Positions 9,223-18,080 of a stretch of DNA of 64,000 bases are shown in pieces. Origin of the DNA: an uncultured bacterium (GTDB lineage: Bacteria; Auribacterota; Erginobacteria; Erginobacterales; CAZKCI01); NCBI GenBank assembly GCA_964551475.1, contig CAZKCI010000023.1, positions 7,289-71,288 of the forward strand, read 5' to 3'. Made by a program: the position numbers and the translations under genes. The notes beneath the pieces are model-generated. The model did no database searches, had not been told where the DNA came from, and saw nothing but the letters and a program-made list of their open reading frames with translations. Positions within the stretch are counted from its first letter, which is position 1, and the number at the start of each line of letters is the position of its first letter.

Positions 9223-10379
9223 CCGGCCAGAGCCTCCCGGTAGAGCGCGCTGAGGCGGCGGGCATACTCTTCCGGCCCGAATTTCCGGGCAAAGGAGGCG
9301 GAGGCTGTCTCCAGGGCGGCGCGGCGGGCGGAATCCCGGATGAGTCCATTCGCCCGGGCCGCGATCTCAGCCGGCCGGTCGGCGGCGACAAGCTCCATCC
9401 CGGCGCCGAGGCCGCTCAGTTCCCGGTGAGTCTCGGTATCCGAGGCGAGAACCGCCTTGCCCAGGCCGAGGCTCAAGGAAAGGGAGGCCGAACCCTGGAC
9501 CTGGGGCGGGAAGGGAGCGAGAACGAGGTCGGCGGCGGCGATCATCAGGGCCAGGCGAGCGAAGGGAAGGAAGCCCGTGACCATGACCTTCCCCCGGCTA
9601 CCCTCCCGACGGCATAACTCCGCCAGCTCCTCCCGATAGGGCGCTCCGATGCGGTCCATCTCGCCGCCCGCGATCACGTAGAGAGCGTCGCCGGGCAGAT
9701 CGCCCAGAGCGGAGAGAACCGCCTCGTAGCCCTTGCGCCGGTTCAGAAAACCCGGCGTGAGGAGGACCCGCCGCCCTTCCCAGCCGAGAAGCCGCCGGGC
9801 CTCCTCCCGCCCGGGGAGAGAGGCGGGGAGCGGATGCGGGGGAGCGGGAAGAGGGAATACCTTGATCCGTCCCCCGTCGATGCCCATCCCGGCGAGGAGG
9901 CGGCGGTGGAGGGAGGTGTGGACATGGAGAACGGCGGCGCGGGCGGCGGCGGAACGATGATACCAGCCGAGCCACTCTTTCATCCCCAGAAGGGAGGAAC
10001 GGTTGAGAACCGCGCGCTTCATCCGGGGGAGAAAATCGGCGAGGCCGGCGAGCGCGGGGAGGGGGGAAACGGGATAGCGGTCGCGGAATTCATGAAAGGT
10101 GATCACCAGGGGCACGGCGAGACGGCGGAGAAAGAAGTGAAAGCGCTCCCGCCAGGGGAAGAGGCCGTTGAAAAGCACATAGTTGTGCTGCATGTGGCAG
10201 AGATCGCAGCGGTTGGCTTGCTCCGCCGCCCGGCGATAGAAGTCTCGATCGGAGCGGTTCAGATCAAGCGGGACCACCTCGACATCGCAGGCGGAGCGGA
10301 GAAACGGGACGACGGCGGCCGAAAAGCCCGCGATGCCGTCCCGCTCCCGTTCCCAGGAGGTGCAGAAAGCCACTTTCAC
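9219..10379 (-). CDS. Glycosyltransferase family 4
   Basis: (M)KVAFCTSWE... GT4 C-terminal domain GKVMVTGFLP...DLVLAPF...LGLGKAVLASD; proposed GTG start at 10379 overlaps the upstream TGA stop (GTGA); the listed 730-aa ORF is an artefactual 5' extension running across another gene in a different frame. Confidence 0.75.
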   Translation of the reverse strand: MKVAFCTSWERERDGIAGFSAAVVPFLRSACDVEVVPLDLNRSDRDFYRRAAEQANRCDLCHMQHNYVLFNGLFPWRERFHFFLRRLAVPLVITFHEFRDRYPVSPLPALAGLADFLPRMKRAVLNRSSLLGMKEWLGWYHRSAAARAAVLHVHTSLHRRLLAGMGIDGGRIKVFPLPAPPHPLPASLPGREEARRLLGWEGRRVLLTPGFLNRRKGYEAVLSALGDLPGDALYVIAGGEMDRIGAPYREELAELCRREGSRGKVMVTGFLPFARLALMIAAADLVLAPFPPQVQGSASLSLSLGLGKAVLASDTETHRELSGLGAGMELVAADRPAEIAARANGLIRDSARRAALETASASFARKFGPEEYARRLSALYREALAG

Positions 10380-11314
10380 GATTGCGGATCGCGGATGGCG
10401 GATGGCGGATGGCGGAACTCCGCTCTCCGGGCTTTGAAGAAGAGTCCCGTCCCCGTGGCTCGGCGCTGGAAGACAAGATCGAGGTCGCAGATCAGGTTGA
10501 AAACCGGCAAAAACAGGAAGGAATAGATCCGGGTGAGAAGGTCGTGGCGGGGAGAGGAGGAGAGCGAGGAGAGGTAAGCGGTGAGATAGGGGTCGCCAGG
10601 AGAGGCGCTGAGCCCGAGGATCGAGCGGGCGGCGTCGAGGATCCGTCGGTTGAGCTTCTGGGAGAGGCGGTAGAAATACTTTCCGCGGGTGTAGTGGGCA
10701 TTGAGGGGAAGGCCGGCTTCGGCCAGGCGGTCCCGCAACCCCTCGAAGGAGTAGCGCCGAAAATGGCCGTCCTGCATCCCGTCCCAGGACTCCCGGCCGA
10801 CCATGCTGTCCACCGGGGTCTCCTCCATCGCCCGACCGGGCTGATGGCCGGGGACGGATCCGAGGAAGAGTCCGTTCGGCTTGAGCACGCGGCGGATCTC
10901 GCGCAACCCCCGGCGATCGTCCGGGACGTGTTCCAAAAGCTCCGTGCCCAGGGCGACATCGAAAACGGCGTCCCGGAAGCAGAGGAACTGGACATCGCAG
11001 ACCAGGAGAAGGGGGCGGGGAGCGGAGCGCTCCCGGAAACGACGCCGGGCGAAGGAGACGATCTGGGGGGAAAAATCGAAACCGGCGAGAAGCGCCGGAC
11101 GGCCGATCTCCCAGAGGGTGGCCAGGTTGTCGCCCCGTCCGCAGCCGGCGTCGAGGACGGCGCGGGCGGTCTCGCCCTTGAGGAAGGTCTTGAAAGCCTG
11201 GGCGATGTCGCGGGAGAGGAAGACCTTGACCCGGTGGGTCTCCTCCACCCGGCGGACGGAAAGGCCGTCGGTGTAGCCGTACAGGCGGTCGTAATAGTCG
11301 CGCAGTTCCTTCAT
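10376..11314 (-). CDS. Class I SAM-dependent methyltransferase (Methyltransf_11/23-like)
   Basis: VLDAGCGRGDNL motif I, LKPNGLFLGSVP post-II region. Confidence 0.7.
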   Translation of the reverse strand: MKELRDYYDRLYGYTDGLSVRRVEETHRVKVFLSRDIAQAFKTFLKGETARAVLDAGCGRGDNLATLWEIGRPALLAGFDFSPQIVSFARRRFRERSAPRPLLLVCDVQFLCFRDAVFDVALGTELLEHVPDDRRGLREIRRVLKPNGLFLGSVPGHQPGRAMEETPVDSMVGRESWDGMQDGHFRRYSFEGLRDRLAEAGLPLNAHYTRGKYFYRLSQKLNRRILDAARSILGLSASPGDPYLTAYLSSLSSSPRHDLLTRIYSFLFLPVFNLICDLDLVFQRRATGTGLFFKARRAEFRHPPSAIRDPQS

Positions 11315-11373
11315 AGAACGAGTATATGGTTATTGGGTTAGGAAGCCGATAACACATTCTATACGCGCGCGAT

Positions 11374-12306
11374 TCAATCCTCCCAAACAATAATCTCCCG
11401 CTCCAACTCAATCCCGAACTTCTCCCTCACCCTCGCTCGGGCCAGATCGATCAGGCTCCGCACATCGCCGGATCGGGCTTGCCCCAGATTGACGATCCAG
11501 TTGGCGTGCTTCTCCGAGATACGGGCGGATCCCCGCCTCTCTCCCTTCAGACCGGCTGCCTCGACCAGGCGGCCGGCGGAGTCGCCCGGGGGGTTCTTGA
11601 AGATGGACCCGGCGGAGGGCCATTGCAGGGGGAACTTCCGTTTCCTCTCCTCTCCGATCTCCCGCAGGCGCTCCCGCACGGCCGCGGGATCGGCCGGCTC
11701 CAGGAGACAGGCGATTTCCAGCACCGCCTCCTCCCCTCTCCGGAAACGGGAGCCGCGATAGACGAAATCGCACCCGCTCGCGGGGAACTCCCTGATCCCC
11801 GCTCCGGGACGGTAGGCCCTGATCCAGCGCACGATCCCCGCCATGTCGCGGCCGAGCGACCCGGCATTGGTCGCCGCCGCGCCGCCCGCCGTCCCGGGGA
11901 TGAAAGCGGCGAACTCCAGGCCGCTTAAACCCCGCTCCGCCGCCGAACGGGCCAGAAGCGGAAGAGGCGCGCCGGCGGAGGCGATCAGAGTATTCCCCTC
12001 GAATCGGAAGGAACCCATTTTCGATCCCATCCGCAGCACCGCCCCCGATACGCCCCGGTCGGCGACCAGCAGGTTCGATCCTCCGCCCAGAACGCGCCAG
12101 TCGATCCCCTCCCCCGCGAGGAGGTCGAGGGCCGCGCACAGCTCCTTTTCCGACCCCGGCTCGACCAGCAGCTCGGCCGCTCCGCCGATGGCGAAGGTGG
12201 TCAGGGGGGCGAGGGGAGCGGAGACAACCGGCGGACAGACCCCGCCCAGAAGGGCGATCGCCCGAGATAAATCCGGTTTGGGAGAGAGAGGCCTGGGACT
12301 CTTCAC
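11374..12306 (-). CDS. murB: UDP-N-acetylenolpyruvoylglucosamine reductase (MurB)
   Basis: FAD-binding TFAIGGAAELLVEP, GGGSNLL, C-terminal IFKNPPGDSAGRLVEAAGLKG...SEKHANWIVN characteristic of MurB; GTG start. Confidence 0.85.
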   Translation of the reverse strand: MKSPRPLSPKPDLSRAIALLGGVCPPVVSAPLAPLTTFAIGGAAELLVEPGSEKELCAALDLLAGEGIDWRVLGGGSNLLVADRGVSGAVLRMGSKMGSFRFEGNTLIASAGAPLPLLARSAAERGLSGLEFAAFIPGTAGGAAATNAGSLGRDMAGIVRWIRAYRPGAGIREFPASGCDFVYRGSRFRRGEEAVLEIACLLEPADPAAVRERLREIGEERKRKFPLQWPSAGSIFKNPPGDSAGRLVEAAGLKGERRGSARISEKHANWIVNLGQARSGDVRSLIDLARARVREKFGIELEREIIVWED

Positions 12307-12309
12307 AAT

Positions 12310-12432
12310 ATAGGTCGATAGGTTAGGGAGAAGAAGCGGGTCTGGTCGATGGGTTAGGGTCAGGTGATGACTCGCCCAGCCGCACCATTAACCCGACCCA
12401 TTTACTAGACCCACTTCTTAACCCAACTCCCC
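12310..12432. repeat. Family A palindromic intergenic repeat, copy 2
   Basis: aggtcgataggttagggagaagaagcgggtctggtcgatgggttagggtcaggtg ... caccattaacccgacccatttactagacccacttcttaacccaactcc. Confidence 0.75.
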
Positions 12433-12433
12433 T

Positions 12434-13726
12434 TTACTGTCTTTCGACTTTCCCCCCCAGGGCGCGGATCTTCCCCGGCAAGTCCGCGTAGCCGCGCTCG
12501 ATCTGATAGACGTTCAGAATCCGCGATTTTCCGGACGCCGCCAGGGCGGCGAGGAGCAGGGCGGCGCCGCCCCGGATATCGCCGGCGCGGACGGACGCCC
12601 CCCTGAGCTTCCTTTCCCCCGTTATCCGGGCGATCAGGCCGGGGCGCCCGTTGACACAGAGAAAACCGCCGTTGTCGACGCTCACCTCCGCCCCGAAACG
12701 GTTCAGCTCCGGAACATAGGCGAAACGGTTGTCGAGAATCGTCTCCCGGATCGAAGACTCGCCGCGGGCGCGCGCCATCAGGGCGCAGAAGGCGGGCTGG
12801 TTGTCGGTATGGAATCCGGGGTAGGCGGCGGTGACGACCGGCCGCCCCCGGAGAGGGCCGGGCGCGGATACGGAGACCCCGTCCCCTTCCCGCCTCAGAA
12901 CGACGCCCGCCCCGGCGAGCGTCTCCGCCTCGGCGGCGATCAGGGAAAGTCCGCCGCCCCGGACGAAGACCTCCCCGCCGGTGATCGCCCCCGCGCAGAT
13001 CAGCGTGAAGAGCTCGATCCGGTCGTCCATCACGCGGTGGCGCGCGCCGTGGAGTTTTTTCCTGCCTTCCACCGCGAGCGTCCGCGTCCCCTTTCCCGTC
13101 ACCTTCGCCCCCATGGCGATGAGGCAGGAGACCGCGTCGTCGACCTCCGGGTTGACGGCGGCGTTCTTGAGGACGGTCCTTCCCCGGGCCAGCGAGGCAG
13201 CAAAGAGAAGGTTCAGTGTCCCCGAGAAACTGGGGTAGGGAAAATGAAATTCCGTCCCGGAGAGGCCGCCCGCCCGCGCGCGGATGCGGTTGGGGAGAAG
13301 CTCGATCGTCGCCCCCATCCGCTTCAAGCCTTCCAGATGGTAATCGAAACGGCGATCGCCGATCGGACAGCCGGCGGGAAAGGATATCTCCGCCTCTCCA
13401 AAGCGGGCGAGCAGGGGACCCAGGGCGAGGAGCGAGTGGCGGGTCCGGTTTTGAAAGGACCTCGGGATCACGGTCGTCTTCAAGGTTCCGGCGCGGACGG
13501 TCAACCGCGTCGACTCCCGCCGGATCGAGACGCCGAGAAGCTTCAGAAAAAGGCCCAGGTCGAGCGTGTCCTCGAGCCGCGGGACGTTCTCCAGGATCAT
13601 CGCCTCGTCGGTCAGAAGCGACGCCGCGAGCAGGGGGAGGGCGGCGTTCTTCGCCCCCTGGAGGGAGACTTCGCCCCGCAGGGGGATTCCCCCCTCGACC
13701 AAATAGCATTTCTCAGGAACGTTCAA
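12434..13726 (-). CDS. murA: UDP-N-acetylglucosamine 1-carboxyvinyltransferase (MurA)
   Basis: LRGEVSLQGAKNAALPLLAASLL, ...HLEGLKRMGA..., C-terminal YVPELNRFGAEVSV...IERGYADLPGKIRALGG colinear with E. coli MurA; TTG start. Confidence 0.9.
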   Translation of the reverse strand: MNVPEKCYLVEGGIPLRGEVSLQGAKNAALPLLAASLLTDEAMILENVPRLEDTLDLGLFLKLLGVSIRRESTRLTVRAGTLKTTVIPRSFQNRTRHSLLALGPLLARFGEAEISFPAGCPIGDRRFDYHLEGLKRMGATIELLPNRIRARAGGLSGTEFHFPYPSFSGTLNLLFAASLARGRTVLKNAAVNPEVDDAVSCLIAMGAKVTGKGTRTLAVEGRKKLHGARHRVMDDRIELFTLICAGAITGGEVFVRGGGLSLIAAEAETLAGAGVVLRREGDGVSVSAPGPLRGRPVVTAAYPGFHTDNQPAFCALMARARGESSIRETILDNRFAYVPELNRFGAEVSVDNGGFLCVNGRPGLIARITGERKLRGASVRAGDIRGGAALLLAALAASGKSRILNVYQIERGYADLPGKIRALGGKVERQ

Positions 13727-14945
13727 TCCTCTGCTCCTCGATCGAGCGGATGAACTCTAGCATCCTCTCCGCCTGCTTCTCCCAGCTCTCCTCCTCGGCG
13801 ATCGCGCGGCGCCGGAGCGCCCGGGAAGGGTCCCTTTCCCCGAGGGCCTCGGCGATCGCGGCGGAAAACTCCTCGTTCCCGGCAGCGAGACGGATCCAGG
13901 GCATAAGCCGCCGGAAATGCGGGAGGTCGACGGCGACCACCGGCTTTCCGGTCGCCAGGTACTCGTGCATTTTAAGCGTGGTCAGGTTCGCGGTGTAGTC
14001 GTTTTTCCGGTAAGGGATGGCGAGCACGGAGCAGTGCTTGAGATAGCGGGGGACTTCCTCCCGCGGCCGGACGCCCAGGTAATGGAGGTTGGGCAGGCGG
14101 GGCAGACGCCCGGCGGAGGTTCCGTCGGAAACCCCCGTCCCGCCGATCAGGACCCAGTGCCAGCCGGGTCGGGAAGCGGCCACCGCCCGGATCAGTTCGA
14201 AATCGACCTTGTAGGCGTCCAGCGCCCCCACGTAGCCGATCCGGGGAACGGGGATATCCCGCAGGCCATCCGGGATCGGGATATCGGAATCTATCACCCG
14301 GGCATAGAGGGCGGCGTCCACGCCGAGGCGGACGAGGCGGGTGTCGGGGTTGACCGCCGCCTTGCGTTCGGCGATCGAGGGAGAGGTGCAGAAGACGACG
14401 GAGGCGGCGCGCAGCAGCCTCTCCTCCTCCCGGACGAGGCGGGAGCGGCCCGCGCCGAGCCAGGGGAAGGTCGAGACCTCTCCATCGCATTTGTAGACGA
14501 GGATTTTCCTCCGCAGGCCCTCGGCCAGGCGAAAATGGCGGGGCGAGATGACCCAGGTCTGGTAATCGCCGAAGCCGAGGCGGGAGAGGGCGGCGCGGAC
14601 CCGGGCCGCGAGAAAAGGCCGGGCGAGCCGGTCGGCCGCGCCAAAGCGGGAGCTGAAGGGGACGGGGCTCAGCGGCCGCAGGACGCTGAGCGTGTCGCTT
14701 TGCCGGTCCGTTTCTTCCCGGCGCCTTCTCCCGCGCCAGGCGCGGGGGCCGAGGGGCGGATCGACGACGAGAACGCGGGCGAGGCGGGAGAGGGCGAGCG
14801 CGATCTGCTGGGAGGAGGTCCAGACCGGGTCCTCCCAGGACCGGGTGGCGAAGTAGAGGATCTCGGCTCGCGGTGCGGGAGCGGTCATATCCATAGTATC
14901 GACCGCCGGACGGAGAGTGTCAACGATGGGGGATGGTCGGGCCAA
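13713..14945 (-). CDS. Glycosyltransferase family 4 (TuaH-like)
   Basis: IGYVGALDAYKVDFELI...WVLIGG...LAIPYRKNDYTANLTTLKMHEYLATGKPVVAVD; start uncertain (internal Met at residue 18/20). Confidence 0.75.
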   Translation of the reverse strand: MARPSPIVDTLRPAVDTMDMTAPAPRAEILYFATRSWEDPVWTSSQQIALALSRLARVLVVDPPLGPRAWRGRRRREETDRQSDTLSVLRPLSPVPFSSRFGAADRLARPFLAARVRAALSRLGFGDYQTWVISPRHFRLAEGLRRKILVYKCDGEVSTFPWLGAGRSRLVREEERLLRAASVVFCTSPSIAERKAAVNPDTRLVRLGVDAALYARVIDSDIPIPDGLRDIPVPRIGYVGALDAYKVDFELIRAVAASRPGWHWVLIGGTGVSDGTSAGRLPRLPNLHYLGVRPREEVPRYLKHCSVLAIPYRKNDYTANLTTLKMHEYLATGKPVVAVDLPHFRRLMPWIRLAAGNEEFSAAIAEALGERDPSRALRRRAIAEEESWEKQAERMLEFIRSIEEQRIERS

Positions 14946-14957
14946 AGGACGGAAGAG

Positions 14958-15062
14958 CTGGAGTACTGAAGTATCGGAGTAATGGAGTATTGGAGTAATG
15001 GAGTAGTGGGGAAAGCTCCGCCTGCGCAGCCCATTACTCCATCACTCCATTACTCCAACACC
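14958..15062. repeat. Heptamer-hairpin repeat, family B (GGAGTAATGGAGTAYTGGAGTAATGGAGTAGTG ... inverted CATTACTCCATCACTCCATTACTCCAACAC), copy 1
   Basis: Tandem TGGAGTA/GGAGTAA heptamers, a short loop, then their reverse complements; homologous copies at 49596 and 52863. Confidence 0.8.
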
Positions 15063-15107
15063 CCTCTGGTTCTCGACCGATCATCAGGGAAATTCGGCGC
15101 CGGTGAA

Positions 15108-16652
15108 TCAGAAGAACCGGGCGGTCCAGCCGAGCCAGGGGGCGGCTTTTCTCATCAGCTCCCGGTCCCGATCGCCCAGGGGCTTGAGGAGAAAGGCCAG
15201 GGCGGCGACGGTCGCGAGGTAGACGACACCCTTGGCGATGAGCCCCGGCAGTCCCCGCAGGGGGATGATCAGGGAGAGAAAGGCGGCGGCGACCGTGGCG
15301 GCGACCACTTTTAGGGTGAAGAGCGCGGGGTAGCGGATGGTGATCCGCGAACCGATCAGGGTGATCTCCCAGACGGTCACCAGCACGCTGGTGATGCCGG
15401 TCGCGATCACCGCTCCCATCGCCCCGTAGCGGGGGATGAGCCAGAAGTAGTTCAGGCCCAGGTTCAGGATGCCCATGGAGAGGCGCAGGAGAAGGATCAG
15501 CCGCTCCTGGTTCAGAACGTAGAGGATCGATGTGTTGAGACCGCCCCCCATCAGGTAGATCACGCAGTAAAACGCGGAGTAAAAGAAGAGGAGGCGGCCG
15601 ACCGGCCGGTAAGCGGAGGAATAGATGGCGTCCACGATCTCCTGGGAGTGGGCGGTCACGAAGACGACGCCGGTGAAACAGAGGATGAGGATGCCCTTGA
15701 ACATCATCTGCCAGGTCTCCGCCATCTTCTCCTCCCCCTTCTGGGTCCGGACTTCGGAGAGGATGGGGACGCCGATTTCGCTGAATCCCGCTCCCAGGGC
15801 CAACCCCAGAGTGGTGAGCAGGCCAAAGGCGACGTTGTAATAACTGGTCTCCTCCAGACGGCCGGTGATCTTGGTGATCAGGAGAATGTCGGCGTGCTTG
15901 CCGAGAAAATAGTTCACGAAGAGGATGACCCAGGAGACGAAGGAAAAGCGCATGATCGGCCCGAACTCCGGCGCGGGGCCGACGGCGTTGAGGAGCGGCC
16001 AGCCCAGCCGCGTGTAGAGGAGGATGGTCAGGGCGAAGATGGCGATCGTGCACCAGTAGAGGGCGATCAGGGCCGTATGCAACTGCGCCAGGGTGGGCGG
16101 CGCACCGCTCCGCGATCGCACGGAAAAGACGATGACAGCGGCGGTGGCAAGATAAATGATTTTGCCCACGATCTCCACGGTGGCGCTGATGCGGTTCTTG
16201 ATCTGGGCGTCGAAGATCTGCTTCCAGAGAACGGAGACATTGGCCAGCGCCACCGAGACGCCGCCCAGCCAGGTGAAGACGGCCTGATCTTCCGCCAAAC
16301 CGAACCAATGGACCAGATGGGTCCGGAAGATGGTGAAGAAGGCGACGGCGGCGAAGGCGGCCAGGACGCGGAGCCCGAGGAGTGAACGGACCAGCGGACC
16401 GGCGCGGGAAGGGTCGCCCGCGTAGCGGGGGAGGTAGACGGAGATCGTCCGCTCCAGTCCCAGCGAGAGGAAAAGCATGGCCGTGGCGCCGAGCGAAAAC
16501 GAGGCCGTCCACAGACCGTATATTTGGGGGCCGAAGCCGTTGGCGATCAGCACCGAGGTGAGGAGGGTGAAGGCCCAGATCCCGAGCTTCCCCGCATGCC
16601 CCCAGAGGAAGCCCCGGCTGAAGCGCGCGGAAAGGTTCTCGGAGACGCTCAC
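15108..16652 (-). CDS. Wzx-like oligosaccharide flippase (MOP superfamily polysaccharide biosynthesis protein)
   Basis: ~14 TM helices over 514 aa, typical PST-family organisation; 4-nt overlap with the downstream GT4. Confidence 0.7.
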   Translation of the reverse strand: MSVSENLSARFSRGFLWGHAGKLGIWAFTLLTSVLIANGFGPQIYGLWTASFSLGATAMLFLSLGLERTISVYLPRYAGDPSRAGPLVRSLLGLRVLAAFAAVAFFTIFRTHLVHWFGLAEDQAVFTWLGGVSVALANVSVLWKQIFDAQIKNRISATVEIVGKIIYLATAAVIVFSVRSRSGAPPTLAQLHTALIALYWCTIAIFALTILLYTRLGWPLLNAVGPAPEFGPIMRFSFVSWVILFVNYFLGKHADILLITKITGRLEETSYYNVAFGLLTTLGLALGAGFSEIGVPILSEVRTQKGEEKMAETWQMMFKGILILCFTGVVFVTAHSQEIVDAIYSSAYRPVGRLLFFYSAFYCVIYLMGGGLNTSILYVLNQERLILLLRLSMGILNLGLNYFWLIPRYGAMGAVIATGITSVLVTVWEITLIGSRITIRYPALFTLKVVAATVAAAFLSLIIPLRGLPGLIAKGVVYLATVAALAFLLKPLGDRDRELMRKAAPWLGWTARFF

Positions 16653-17800
16653 GACCCGGCTACCTCGCGATAGATGGAGAGAAGACGGCGGGCCATCTCC
16701 TCCCAGGTGAAAGACGAGACGCTCTCCCGGGCGCGCCGGCCCAGCGTTTCCCGGACGGAGGGATCACGCAGGCGCCGGAGAGCGGAACGGACAGACACGG
16801 CATCCCGCTTGGGGACGATGAAACCGTTGGCTCCGTCCTCCAGAACGTCGCGGGCGCCGTTGCAGTCGGCGACCACCGCGGGCAGCCCCGAGGCCAGCGC
16901 TTCCAGGAGAACCATGGGGAGTCCCTCGTAGAGGGAGGGGAGGACGAAGAGGTCGGATCCGCAATAGATCTCGGCGAGCGCCTCCAGGTCGCGCACCCGG
17001 CCGCAATCGATCAGGGGGATGGCGCCGGCGCGCTCATGGGCCCAGAGTCTCTCGGCCTCGGAAAGACCGGCGAGGCAGAGCGTCCAATCGCCCGGTTCGG
17101 CGGCCAGCGCCTCGAGAAGATAGGCCAACCCTTTCCGCCAAACCGGCGTCCCGGAGAAGAGGATGACGGGACGATCCGGCGATAGCTGATAACGGGAGCG
17201 GAAGCGAGCCCGACGGGCGGCGTCGGGGCGAAAATGTCCGCTGTCCACGCCGTAGGGCACCACCCGCGGAACGATCCCCAGATGGGCCCGGACGTCCTCG
17301 CCCGCGCCCCGGGAGGGGACGATCACCGCTTCCGCCCGTCTCTGGTAATAGGCTTCCTTGGCGAGGATCGCCGCCGCCTTGACCTTCTGCAGGAAGGAGA
17401 AGACCGCCTTCCCCTCCCGCGCCTCCTCTCTCCACTCCCGGTAAAGGGCGTGGGGAAGACCGTGGACGAAGGTGAGAAGCTTGTAGCGACCGCCGAAGAC
17501 CGCCCGGGCCAGCGCCGGGTGGTAGGCCCAGCGGGCGTGCGAATGGACGATGTCGTAATCCCGGGTGGAGACGAAGCGCTGGAAGCGCCGGACGCCGAAC
17601 CAGGGATCGGCCACCTCCGGAACGGAAAACTGGCGGGGATAGCCCTCGAGGTATGTGAAGTGGCCCTCCCCTCCCCCCCGGCCGTAGAGGAAATCGACCT
17701 CGGCGCCGAGCTTCCTCAGGGCAGAGCCCAGCGATTCGGTGATCCGCCCGATCCCGGTGAAAAGATCGAAGTCAAAACCGGAGTGCATCAATATCTTCAC
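16649..17800 (-). CDS. Glycosyltransferase family 4
   Basis: ...FVLPSLYEGLPMVLLEALASGLPAVVAD (EX7E motif), N-terminal Glyco_trans_4-like domain. Confidence 0.85.
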   Translation of the reverse strand: MKILMHSGFDFDLFTGIGRITESLGSALRKLGAEVDFLYGRGGGEGHFTYLEGYPRQFSVPEVADPWFGVRRFQRFVSTRDYDIVHSHARWAYHPALARAVFGGRYKLLTFVHGLPHALYREWREEAREGKAVFSFLQKVKAAAILAKEAYYQRRAEAVIVPSRGAGEDVRAHLGIVPRVVPYGVDSGHFRPDAARRARFRSRYQLSPDRPVILFSGTPVWRKGLAYLLEALAAEPGDWTLCLAGLSEAERLWAHERAGAIPLIDCGRVRDLEALAEIYCGSDLFVLPSLYEGLPMVLLEALASGLPAVVADCNGARDVLEDGANGFIVPKRDAVSVRSALRRLRDPSVRETLGRRARESVSSFTWEEMARRLLSIYREVAGS

Positions 17801-17861
17801 GGCAACTATCCTCGGCGAAGCGATTCGGCGAGCAAGGCTCCTTCAGCTTCGCTTATATTCT

Positions 17862-18080
17862 AAATCCGAAATACGAATATCGAAATCCGAAACAAACCGA
17901 AAAATTCGAAATTCCGAAACAATGGACAAAAAGATGTCTTCCTCTCTTACGCTGGTTTTGGTCCTGTCACTGGCGGTTTCGAATTTCGGTCATTCGGATT
18001 TGTTTCGGATTTCGATATTCGAGTTTCGAATTTGCCCCGTTGTTACGGATTTCGTTTCCCGATATTCGGATTTTTTCAGC
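17862..18080. repeat. AT-rich island with long imperfect inverted repeat (CGAATATCGAAATCCGAAACAAA ... TTTGTTTCGGATTTCGATATTCG) and multiple TTCGGATTT/CGAAATC heptamer-like units; MITE-like or operator array
   Basis: The 23-nt core of arm 17872-17900 is exactly reverse-complementary to 17997-18022; ~95-nt spacer; extra motif copies 18040-18075; GC content far below surroundings; right arm overlaps the 3' end of the methyltransferase gene. Confidence 0.75.

Noticed and set aside
10380-11411. Upper 340 codons of the 730-aa ORF 9219..11411
   Set aside because: Proline/Arg-rich, no homology signal. It runs across the methyltransferase at 10376..11314, which is in another frame and has clear motifs. 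The real GT4 starts at GTG 10379.
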